Source of the DNA: an uncultured Planctomycetota bacterium
Lineage (GTDB): Bacteria > Planctomycetota > Planctomycetia > Isosphaerales > Isosphaeraceae
Assembly (NCBI GenBank): GCA_963845755.1
Contig: CAWJTV010000020.1
Span: forward strand, 224,001 to 288,000
Direction of reading: 5' to 3'
DNA length: 64,000 bases
In this document: piece after piece, positions 10,437 to 19,906 of the stretch
Numbering within the stretch: position 1 is the stretch's first letter
How the letters are laid out: every line of letters begins with the position of its first letter
Notes under the pieces: model-generated
The model's database searches: none
The model's input: the letters and a program-made list of their open reading frames with translations, nothing else
What the model was told of the DNA's origin: nothing
Position numbers and translations under genes: made by a program

Positions 10437-11680
10437 CTACTGGCCATGAGTCGCCGCAAGGCGAGCCACCCGCCGGTAGCGCTGACGCGCCCAGTCGGTC
10501 CATTCCGCGCGGAGCCAGTCGCGAATACGAGACTCGCGGCACAACTTGCCGTCCGCGGCGCTCGCCAGCTCGTCGAGCATCGTCTCATCGAGGAGACGGG
10601 TTGGCGAGAGCCAGCTCCGGACCAGCCAGGCTCGAATCTTGGGGTCGGTCGCGAGCTGACCGGCGAGGGTCTCCATCATCGACATCCCGCGCTCGCCGCC
10701 TTCGCGAATCATCTTCGCGATCGAGGCCGGCGGCCAGGGTGGGGGCTCGGTCATCCACCGGAGCGCATTTTTCGGGTAATCCTCGCGCTTCAAGACGGCC
10801 CAGGCTGCCCAGAGCTCATCCTGTGCGTCGACCAAGGTCGAACCGAGCAGGTCGGCGAGAAGGGAGTCCCTGACGATGGACTTCTCCGGCTCTCGGGGAA
10901 CCTCCTCAAGTTGACCTATGGCGACCATGAACTCCAGGAACAACTGGGCGCGATCCGGGTGCGGAGCGTTTCGGAGCATAGCGACGCCCTCAATCCACGG
11001 GGCCGATTCCGTCTCGCGGCCAGCTCGCACCTCGGTGACAACTCCCGGAGCCAGGTCGGCTTCTCCGCGATCGACGGCGGCCTGCGCCGAGCCGGCTTGA
11101 CGGCCCAACCGGCGCGCATGGCCAGCCTGCCGAACCAGCCGCTCGTAACCCTCGAGGAAGTGCCCGCCGTCCAGGAGACCTTTCGCCCAAACCCGCGAGA
11201 TCGCGTCGTACCGGGGATCGTCGAACGTGATGTTCCGAACCTCGTAGACCGTAGATTCGTTGCGTTGTTCCTTCGGGCTCGATGACGGACCAATCAACCC
11301 GATACGTGCTCGGCGTATCAACAACCTGGGGGGTAAAGCGTCCGGGGTTGGAGGGGCGAGTCGATCCGATTCCGATGTTGCCAGCCAGTCGCACGAGGTC
11401 GCGGGCCCGCCCAGCAACACGTCGGGCGGGTTGTGTCGTGCCGACAGGCGGCGGGATTGTCGCGGGGTTCGAGGATCAGCCAGGCGATCCGGGACATTTC
11501 CGACTGGGCCGGGCGTTCGGCGGCGACCCATTCGCCGAACTGGATTGCGATGCGGTCGCGATCGGCCCGCGGCCAGGTCGTTGCGATCACCAGTCGATCG
11601 GATTCCAGGCCGTCGCATCCCATCGGGACGAACGCGCCGATCGCCAGCAGGACCCCAAGACCGCGACGCACAGTCCTCAC
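10437..11680 (-). CDS. ABC-type substrate-binding lipoprotein (divergent Fe/polyamine-type); frameshift near 11450
   Basis: Lipobox-like VPMGC, PDVLLGGP, EGVAMLRNAPHPDRAQLFLEF; directly upstream of the ABC ATPase. Confidence 0.65.
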
Positions 11681-13630
11681 CTCCCGGCCCGACTTCCGAG
11701 CGTGATCTGGAGGTTGACTTCCTTGCCCTCTCGCTTGACCACGAGACTCACCCGATCCCCGGGCTTGTGTTTACCCATGCTGGCCATGTAGTCATAGATC
11801 GTCCCCACCGGCTCATCCCCGAATCGCGTGATGATGTCTCCCCCCTTGAGTCCGCCTTTCTGGGCCGGGCTCCCCTCGCTCACGCCGTCGATCCGCATGC
11901 CGTCCTTGGCTTCATAGGCATAGTCGGGGATGGTCCCGACGTAGACCGAGCCCATACGGGCCGTGTCGGAACGCTGACCTCCGTGCTTCGGTTCCGACAC
12001 TTTCACCAACGCGGGTCGATCGGGGCGGCGGATGACGTCGAGCAGGAGCAGCTCCAGGTAGTCGGCGATCCGGGCCATGCCGGCGTAGTTGATCCGGTCG
12101 GAATCGTCGCTGGGGCGGTGGTAATCGCTATGAATTCCCGTGAAGGCGAACAAGACGGGAATACCCCGGGGATAAAACGCCTGGTGGTCGCTCCCGCCGA
12201 ATCCGTCGGTCATCCCGGAGACCTTCTTGATGGTCAGGCCGGCCGAGCTGCCCAGCACATCGACGAGCGACGCGAGACCAGGAGACGTGCCGGTGCCGAT
12301 CATCGTCAGCTCGTTCTTGTCGTTGAGCCGCCCGACCATGTCGCAGTTGAACATCATGACCGTCGAGGCGAGCGGGAACAGGGGATTCTGCACATAGTAC
12401 TGCGAGCCGAGCAACCCGCGCTCCTCCCCGGAGAATGCCATGAACACGACCCGGCGGGGCGGGGGATCGCGGCGGGCGCCGATCCGTCGCGCCAATTCCA
12501 GTATCATCGAGGTGCCGGAGGCATTGTCGTCGGCCCCGTTGTGGATGGCGCGCGAGAACACCGCGAGCGAGCCTGAGAAGAAGCCGCCGTGTCCCAGATG
12601 GTCGTAATGGCCGCCGATGACGACCGTTTCCTCCGAATGCGGGCCGCTGCCCTCGATCACCCCGATCACGTTCTTCGTCTCGATCGTGTGACTCTCGATC
12701 GCGACTCGCCCGGAGAGAGACCAGCCCTTCAAGGATGCGCGACTGCGGCTCGAGGCCCCGATCGATCTGCTTCTCCAGATCCTCCAGCACCGGCTGTCCC
12801 GCCGAAGAGAGCAGTTTATCGGCGAGGTCGCGGGTCAACATCACGATCGGGATGTTCGAGAACGGAACGGACCCAGCTTTCAAGAAGTTCAACAGCCGAT
12901 CGTCGTCCTCGCGTACCGTCGTGCGATCGTTGACGATGAGGACAGCCACCGCACCGTGCTGGAACGCGTTGGTCGCCTTGTGCTGGAACGTGGCCCAGTC
13001 CGTGGACCGCGTGTTGTCGTCCCGAGGGATCCGCCTGGCCTCCAGGGGGCTCGCCTTGTCGCCGGACTGGGGCTCGCGACGGAGGATCAAGACGGCCTTC
13101 CCCTTCACGTCGATGCCCGAGTAATCGTCATAATCCAGCTTGTGCGCTTCGTCTCGGGCCGTGATGCCGTAACCGGCGAAGACGACGGGCGCGGTCTCGA
13201 GCGTCGCACCGACGCCGATGGCCAGCGGGGTAAAGTCGGTCTTGAACGCGGCGGCGAGGGCCTGCCCATCTGGCCCGTGGAACACCAGTTCCTGATCCTT
13301 GGCGAGCGTCGGGTTGCCGCCGATCGAGAAACGCTGGAAGTAGCCGTCGGCTCCCGGCGCGGGCTTGAGTCCGGACTCCTTGAAGACGCCCGCGATGTAG
13401 TCGGCCGCCGCCTCAATCCCTTTCGTCCCCGGCTCTCGGCCTTCACGATCATCCGCGGCCAGATAGCTCACATCCGCCTTCAGTCTCTGCTCGGCGGGAG
13501 CGATGGCGCGGCTGGATTTGGCCACCGCCGTCTTCGTGGATTCCGGGTCTTCAAATGCCCTTGCCGCACACGCAAGCATCACGCTTAGGGTGATCGCAAT
13601 TGGAATGGTGAGGCGGGAATCTCCGGACAT
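11677..13630 (-). CDS. M28 family peptidase with PA and PDZ domains (frameshift near 12730)
   Basis: LAADDREGR, VVFAGYGI (PA), GGHYDHLG, NGADDNASG, FSGEERGL, SDHQAF, YHRPSD and a C-terminal PDZ (GSPAQKGGLKGGDII). Start codon uncertain. Confidence 0.9.
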
Positions 13631-13925
13631 CGTCGTCAGTAACCGAGTAGGCGGGCGCATGCAAACTTTCCTTACGCGAAGGGATCGGACGAGTCGCGAC
13701 ACCGACGGAGACGCCCATTCGTCGACCGAATCGGTGCGGCCATGCTATGAATCTCTCCGCGATCGTTCTTCGACGCGATCACAGCCGAGGGACGTTGAGG
13801 TCCGTCAATCCCTGCCATGATTCTGGAGACTCGCCGGTCTAGCGTCAAGTTGTCGGAGTGCATCGAGCCTTCGACGTGGCCTCGACGACTGGCGGACCAA
13901 TTTCGCTCGACTACCCGGAATACGA

Positions 13926-13963
13926 TGAAGGGCCAGCCGGAAATGCCCCGGGCTGGCCCTTCA
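13926..13963 (-). terminator. Hairpin downstream of the 14011-15708 gene
   Basis: TGAAGGGCCAGCC...GGCTGGCCCTTCA, 13-bp stem. Confidence 0.5.
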
Positions 13964-14010
13964 AGGTGGACGAAGTATGACCGAAATGGGCTCTATTTGG
14001 AGCGACTGGC

Positions 14011-15708
14011 TCAGTCGCTCGACTGACGCGGCAGTAGGTTGATGGCCCCATCGGGCACCAGGGAATTCACAGGTGGGACGGACATCATACCTCCCATACC
14101 TCCCATCATCCCGCCGCCCATCCCGCCGCCCATCCCGCCGCCCATCCCGCCCATGCCACCGCCCATGCCACCGCCCATGCCACCGCCCATCCCACCGCGC
14201 ATGCCACCACCCATACCGCCGCCGCCACCGCCCATCATCAGCGACATCGGAATGATAGCCAGGTCAGCCACCGGGTAGACGCGGATCTCGGTCTGCTTGT
14301 CTTCCGAGTCCTCCGATGTGATCATCAGGAACCCGTCCTTGACGGTGTACGCCAGGCCGAGTTGCTTGAGGATCAGTTTCAAGGTGGTCTTCAGCGGGAC
14401 ACCTTCCAGGTCGATCTGCACGGTCGAGTTGAGCGACCGTTCCGCCTCTTGCAGACCCAAGGGATCGACATAGATCGGGATGCCTGAGAAGGTCGGCGTG
14501 GTCGTCGCTTGCCTGATGTACTTCAACACGTCGTCCAGCGGCGTCTCATTGGCGAACGACATCGAGATCGGCTCGTCGAGCTTCTCGAGGATCTGGCGGG
14601 TCTTGGCGTCGCGGTCGAAGAGGTCCACGGCCCGGCCCCAGCGCTTGATCCGCTTCTCCGAGATAAACTTGAACCAATCGGCGTCGGGATACTCGATGAA
14701 TTGATTGTCGGGGAAAGGCACCGACGCCCGGACGATGTCCTCGGTCGTCATCAGGAAACGATAGAACTTGAGCTTTTTGAACTGCATTTCCTGATTGTAG
14801 AAATTCATGGCGTTGGAAACGAAATCGCCGGCGGCGGGCGCAGGGACGTTATCGCTGTAGGGCATGGGAGCCCCCCGCTGCAAGGCGTAGGCCTTCTGGG
14901 CGAGCAACCGGGCCTCGTAGAAAGGCTGGGTCGCGGCCTTGATGTCGCCGATGCCGCCGTTGTAGAGGACGTTGTAAACGCCTTCGCTCATCAGCGTGTC
15001 GAACTGGACCATCATCGAGCCGATGGTTTCCTTGTTGGCCTGGAACAGGTCGATGGCGCGGGTGCGTTGCTCGGAGGCGGACTCGAGGCGGAGTTGTTCG
15101 GCACGCTCGCCGACGATGCGCTCCTCAGCCTGCTGGGTAGAGATCATCTGGGCCTGGATGCGACGTTCGAGTTTCGCGCGATCCGCTTCCGGGACCGAGG
15201 CGGCGGAGCGGACGACGTTGAGCGTGAGGCGCATCAAGTTCAAGGCGGCCTCGGGCTGACGGGCGTCCATCAACTCATGGGCGTGCTGGAGCCGCTGTTC
15301 GACGTCGTTGGTCAACTGCTGGCGGGCAAGGTTTTCCGCGGCCTGGGTTTGTTCCAGGGTCGCCTGGGCATCGGCGGGAGTCTTGGCCGCGGGCTGATCG
15401 ACTGCGGGCGCGTCCGGAGGTGTGGCCGGATCCTGCTGCATGGCGACCCGGACGATCGAGTCTCCCGCAGATTTGAGCTGCTTGAGCTCCCGTGCCGCCG
15501 CCTCGTTGGTCGGGTCGAGCTGCAAGGCTTTCTGATAGAACGTTCGGGCCGTCGGCACCGCGCCCTGCGCGCGAGCCTGGCGGCCCAGGTCGGTCAGTTG
15601 CTTCGAGAGGGACAGATCCTCGGCACCGAAGGTTGAGACGCCGAACAGCAGCAGGCTGCCCAGCGTCAAGAGCTCGGTAACTCTCCAAGATCGCACGGTC
15701 GGAAGCAT
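14011..15708 (-). CDS. Secreted planctomycete protein: TPR-like N-terminus, secretin/TonB N-terminal (STN)-like domain, Gly/Met-rich tail
   Basis: Signal peptide; YQKALQLDPTN; ISMSFANETPLDDVL...GVPLKTTLKLIL...RVYPVADL; (GGGM)n tail encoded by 12-bp repeats at about 14090-14235. Confidence 0.75.
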   Translation of the reverse strand: MLPTVRSWRVTELLTLGSLLLFGVSTFGAEDLSLSKQLTDLGRQARAQGAVPTARTFYQKALQLDPTNEAAARELKQLKSAGDSIVRVAMQQDPATPPDAPAVDQPAAKTPADAQATLEQTQAAENLARQQLTNDVEQRLQHAHELMDARQPEAALNLMRLTLNVVRSAASVPEADRAKLERRIQAQMISTQQAEERIVGERAEQLRLESASEQRTRAIDLFQANKETIGSMMVQFDTLMSEGVYNVLYNGGIGDIKAATQPFYEARLLAQKAYALQRGAPMPYSDNVPAPAAGDFVSNAMNFYNQEMQFKKLKFYRFLMTTEDIVRASVPFPDNQFIEYPDADWFKFISEKRIKRWGRAVDLFDRDAKTRQILEKLDEPISMSFANETPLDDVLKYIRQATTTPTFSGIPIYVDPLGLQEAERSLNSTVQIDLEGVPLKTTLKLILKQLGLAYTVKDGFLMITSEDSEDKQTEIRVYPVADLAIIPMSLMMGGGGGGMGGGMRGGMGGGMGGGMGGGMGGMGGGMGGGMGGGMMGGMGGMMSVPPVNSLVPDGAINLLPRQSSD

Positions 15709-16113
15709 GGTCGAGGTTCTCCAGGAATTGGAAAGGAACAGCACCTAACCGAGTGCACTCTGTTATTTAATAATGCTTGTGTGCAAAACCGATTGATCGC
15801 CCACGACCATGAAGATCGAGGACTCCGGATCGGCGCGTGACCCTCGGCAAATGCACAGGCACCCGATGAAGGAAGCCGGTGTCACGTCGAGGCTTCACGC
15901 CTCCGCGGGCGACGGGACGGATCGGATCGATGGTGATGCCGTAGCCCGAGAGGTTGGGGGGACCGAGCCTGTCGGGAGCGCGCGGGCAGGTGTTCTGACA
16001 CACGACTGCCGCTCAGTCCGTGATTGGGAAGCGGACGGCGCGCGGAAACGTCTGACGCGATGAGAGCGTCGCACCCGCTAGCCATCGCTGCGGGGAAGGG
16101 GAGACGGGTTGGC

Positions 16114-16461
16114 TCAGCAAAGCAGGGGGCGCCATGCGCAACCCTGGCACACGCTGCGCCGATCCCCTAGAAACCGGATCGACTCGCCGGGGATGACGAG
16201 GGAATCGAAAGACCGTTGCTCGGTGAGGCGAGGGGTCTTCTCTTCCAGAACCGTTTTCGGCCGTCTTCGGAGGGGGATGAATTTCGAGACCGAGGATGAC
16301 GGCGTGGGTGGCAGAGAGAGGAAGGATTGACTGGAAACGGCACGGACGACGCAAATCGTGTCGCATTCGTCACGATTCGCGCTCTCGAGCACGACTGAGG
16401 TGGCCGGAGCGAGCAGAAGACTCGCCACGAGGACCACGCATGTCGGGCATCGAGAACACAT
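16114..16461 (-). CDS. Small hypothetical protein with N-terminal hydrophobic segment, ending RPLLC
   Basis: RBS GAGGG before ATG; MCSRCPTCVVLVASLLLAP...CQGCAWRPLLC. Confidence 0.4.
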   Translation of the reverse strand: MCSRCPTCVVLVASLLLAPATSVVLESANRDECDTICVVRAVSSQSFLSLPPTPSSSVSKFIPLRRRPKTVLEEKTPRLTEQRSFDSLVIPGESIRFLGDRRSVCQGCAWRPLLC

Positions 16462-16617
16462 CGACTTGCCCTCAAGGCTCGTTTGGGATCGGAACCGCTT
16501 TCGCAAACTCCGAAAGATCCCACACCAATCGAAAATTACCCGATCCGCCGACACCAGTCAATTTTTTCCTTGCTCTGAGTGGATAAGATGCACGGCGCAA
16601 CGTCCTAACGCGGCCTA

Positions 16618-16823
16618 GGAATGCCGACGAAATAACTTCCCGGATTCCGGAGGTACTTAGTGACTATCTCGGAAGGTCTTTGTAGGGTGCTCTGTGAGCA
16701 CCGATCCGGTGTACTTTGCCGAATTCGGTGCTCACAGAGCACCCTACGAGACGGCCATTGAGGCTTCCAGGACAGACTCGTACTTACCAGCGGGTTTTCG
16801 GGAAGTTGTTTCGTCAGCGGTCC
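16618..16823. mobile_element. MITE-like element with about 27-bp imperfect terminal inverted repeats, carrying a REP doublet
   Basis: Left end GGAATGCCGACGAAATAACTTCCCGGA versus reverse complement of right end GGACCGCTGACGAAACAACTTCCCGAA; no ORF; interrupts the heptamer element. Confidence 0.6.
16682..16747. repeat. GTAG-type REP doublet (family 2)
   Basis: Perfect 23-bp inverted repeat GTAGGGTGCTCTGTGAGCACCGA / TCGGTGCTCACAGAGCACCCTAC; single related copy at 37831-37851. Confidence 0.85.
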
Positions 16824-16960
16824 ACGGCCGCAAGCCAAGAGGGATTCGAGATTCCGGATTCGAGATTCGAGATTCCCAAGGGAACGACTTCTGGATCGGG
16901 AATCTCGAATCGGGAATCCCGGATTCCCCAGATGTGCGCACCGCGCAGAGATCCGACGGA
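16824..16960 (-). repeat. Heptamer-filled dispersed element, copy 1
   Basis: (GATTCGA/GATTCCG)n then (GAATCNN)n, with conserved ends shared with five other copies. Confidence 0.85.
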
Positions 16961-17126
16961 AGACTCCAAGCAGTGCTGGCCGACATGATCGATCTGTCAG
17001 CCGAAACGTCCGTCCCGCTCGGGATTCTCAAGCCAGCCGCTCGCCGGGTTGCAGCGGAACTCGCGTTGCGATAAGCTAATCACGAGTGACTCGGACAGTT
17101 GTCTTTTGTGGTTGGGGGCCGATCTG

Positions 17127-18215
17127 TTGCGAGACGACCTGATCGCCCGCTGGGCCGACCTCCTGGTCGATTATTGTCTGAAGGTCGAGCGGGGCGAGAC
17201 GATCCTGATCGGCTCGGAGCTCGAGGCGCGGCCGCTGGTCGAAGCCGCGAGCCGGGCGGTGATCCTGCGCGGGGCCCACCCGCTGGTCCGCCTGGAGCTA
17301 CCCGGGTTGCATGAGTTCTTCCTGGAGCATGCCGACGATGAGCAACTCGCGCACCTACCCGCGGCGGCGATGGCCGAGGTGAAAGCGGTGGATGCTCGGA
17401 TCCGGATCGCCGCGGCCGGCGACACGGATTCGATGAGCCGGGTCGATCCCCGGCAGCAGGCGAAATATGAGCGCGCGCGCGAGCCGATTCGCCGGGCCGC
17501 GCGCGAGAAGCGGTGGGTCCTCACGCAATATCCGACGGCCGCCTACGCCGCCGACGCGCGGATGAGCCGGGACGATTATGAGCGCTTCGTGCAGGGGGCG
17601 TTGTTCCTCGACACGCCCGATCCGGCGGCGGAATGGAAGGCGCTGGGACGGCGTCAGGCGGCCCTGGTGGAGTTCATGTCGCGGGTTCGATCGATCCGGA
17701 TCGAGGCCGACGGCACCGACCTGACGCTCGCTGTGGACGGCCGCACCTGGATCAATTCGGATGGCCGGCGCAACATGCCGTCGGGCGAGATCTTCACCGG
17801 GCCGATCGAGGACTCGGCCAATGGCCGGCTGCGTTGCGGATTTCCCGTCTGCCGCGACGGCCGCAGGCTGGAGGGCATCGCCCTGGAGTTGAGCCGGGGT
17901 GAGGTCGTCGCCGCTCGAGCCGACGCGGGCGAGGAGTATCTGCTGGCCATGCTCGATCTCGATCCGGGCGCACGGAGGCTCGGCGAGCTCGGGCTGGGGC
18001 TCAACCCCGGGATCGATCGATTCACCGGCAGCATCCTCTTCGATGAGAAGATCGGCGGTACGGTGCATCTGGCCCTCGGCGATAGCTATCCCGAGACCGG
18101 CGGGAACAATGACTCGGCCCTGCACTGGGACCTAATCATCGACACGCGGACGCGCGGTCGCCTCTGGGCCGACGACCGCCTCGTCATGGAAGACGGACGA
18201 TGGCACGTTGATTGA
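17127..18215 (+). CDS. M29 family aminopeptidase (AmpS/PepS-like)
   Basis: NMPSGEIFTGP, GARRLGELGLG, LFDEKIGGTVHLALG, SALHWDLI; TTG start inferred. Confidence 0.92.
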   Translation: MRDDLIARWADLLVDYCLKVERGETILIGSELEARPLVEAASRAVILRGAHPLVRLELPGLHEFFLEHADDEQLAHLPAAAMAEVKAVDARIRIAAAGDTDSMSRVDPRQQAKYERAREPIRRAAREKRWVLTQYPTAAYAADARMSRDDYERFVQGALFLDTPDPAAEWKALGRRQAALVEFMSRVRSIRIEADGTDLTLAVDGRTWINSDGRRNMPSGEIFTGPIEDSANGRLRCGFPVCRDGRRLEGIALELSRGEVVAARADAGEEYLLAMLDLDPGARRLGELGLGLNPGIDRFTGSILFDEKIGGTVHLALGDSYPETGGNNDSALHWDLIIDTRTRGRLWADDRLVMEDGRWHVD

Positions 18216-18302
18216 CTCGGCTCCTCTCTGATGACCACGGACAAATCGGACGGTGGATCACCGGTCGATTTCGACGGGATACCCCAACCAAGGGACGAAA
18301 CC

Positions 18303-19612
18303 ATGCGATGCGTTTCAGCGCGAGATCTCCGATTATGGGTGGTCGCCTGCGGGTTCCTGTCAGGGATCCCGGTCCTGGCGGCCCGCGGCCAGACCGAATC
18401 GACGGACGCCGCCTTGCACGACCGGGTGCTCCAGCTCGTCGACCGCCTCGACGCGCCCAAGGCCGAGGCTCGCGAGGCCGCCATGGCGAGCCTGGTCAAG
18501 CTGGGCCCCAAGATCCTGCCGATGCTGCCGGACGTGGCGACTCTCCCCGCCGGTAACCGCAAGGAGCAGATCGAAAAGCTCCGCGCCGCCTTGCGCAGGC
18601 CGAGGACGACATCAATCCCCATGCGAGCCGGGTAACCCTCGAGGGGAAGGGGATCCGGTTGACCGAAGCGCTGCAGCAGATCCAGAAGCAGACCGGCAAC
18701 ATCATCTCCGACGTGCGCGAGCGGCTCGGGGCCGAGGTGACGAACCCCGCGCTGGACCTGGAGATCCGCGATAAGCCGTTCCTCGAGGCCCTCGATCAGA
18801 TCGCGAAGCAGGCCGAGGTGATGACCGAGTTCTACACCGGCGACGGCTCGGTCGGCATCTCGTCGGGCGGGACTGCGGCGAAGACGCCGATCCAGTATAG
18901 TGGGCCGTTCCGGATCGCGCTGAAGCAGATCGGCGTGGTCCGCGACTTCGCGGCCGGCTCCTCTTCCGCTACCGTACAGCTCGAAGCCGCCTGGGAGCCG
19001 AGGCTCCGCCCCATGCTCCTGAAACTCAAGGCCGACGAGCTGAAGATCACCGACGACCAGGGCAAGGAGGTCAAGGCCCAGGTCGAGATGGAGTCCGATG
19101 AGGTGGTGGTCCGGCCGGAGAATCCGGTGGCCGAGATCAACCTCAACCTCCAGGCCCCCGAGCGCACCGCCAAGCAGATCAAGAGCCTCCGGGTCAAGGC
19201 CGAGCTGACGATACCGGCCGGCATCAAGGTCTTCCGATTCCCCAGCCTCGCCCAGGAGAACGTCACCAGGAAGCAGGGGGACGTGAGCGTGATGCTCCAG
19301 GGGATGGAAATCGACGAACAGGTCTGGAAGGTCAATGTCGAGCTGGCCTACCCGGGCGAGGGGCCTGCGTTCGAGAGCTATCGCCAGGGGTTGTTCAACA
19401 ACCGGGTCTGGCTCCAGCGGGCCGACGGGTCGCGGTTCGAGCAGAACGGCGGCTTCAACAACACCAGCGCCGATGGCGGCAAGCTCGGCTTCGAATACCT
19501 CTTCGTCGACGCCCCCGGCAAGCCGGCGGATTACCAGCTCGTCTACGAGACGCCCAGCAAGGTCGTCACCATCCCGCTGGAATTCGAGTTCAAGGACGTG
19601 CCGCTGCCCTAA
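18303..19612 (+). CDS. Secreted planctomycete hypothetical protein (HEAT-like N-terminus); frameshift near 18600
   Basis: Signal peptide, REAAMASLVKLG, then a continuous high-GC3 frame 18659-19612. Confidence 0.75.
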
Positions 19613-19745
19613 CGTGGCCCTCGGCCGAAACTCAAGAGCGATTCAAGATGGAGAATCAATTCGGTATCGGGAATCTTGAATCGCCAATCTTGAATCGTTG
19701 AGTCTTGAATGCTCCGAATGCGCACGGCGCAGGGATCGTACGGAG
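19608..19745 (-). repeat. Heptamer-filled dispersed element, copy 2
   Basis: CCTAACGTGGCCCTCGGCCGAAAC...(GAATCTT)n...TGCGCACGGCGCAGGGATCGTACGGAG; its CCTAA end overlaps the upstream gene's TAA stop. Confidence 0.8.
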
Positions 19746-19906
19746 AGAGAGATGCGACATCGGCTGGTCAGGTCTGTCTGGTAGCGATCGCCGGCGCTGG
19801 CGGTCCTGCGGGATTGGCTTACAATAATCGGCGTGATTCTGACGACCGGACGACTGCCGGTCGCCAGGAGTCGCCCGCCCGCGAATGACCTCCAGCGGAG
19901 TGCATC

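Noticed and set aside
16824..16960. Heptamer repeats as a CRISPR array
   Set aside because: Units are 7 bp, contiguous and inverted about a centre; there are no unique spacers and no cas genes.
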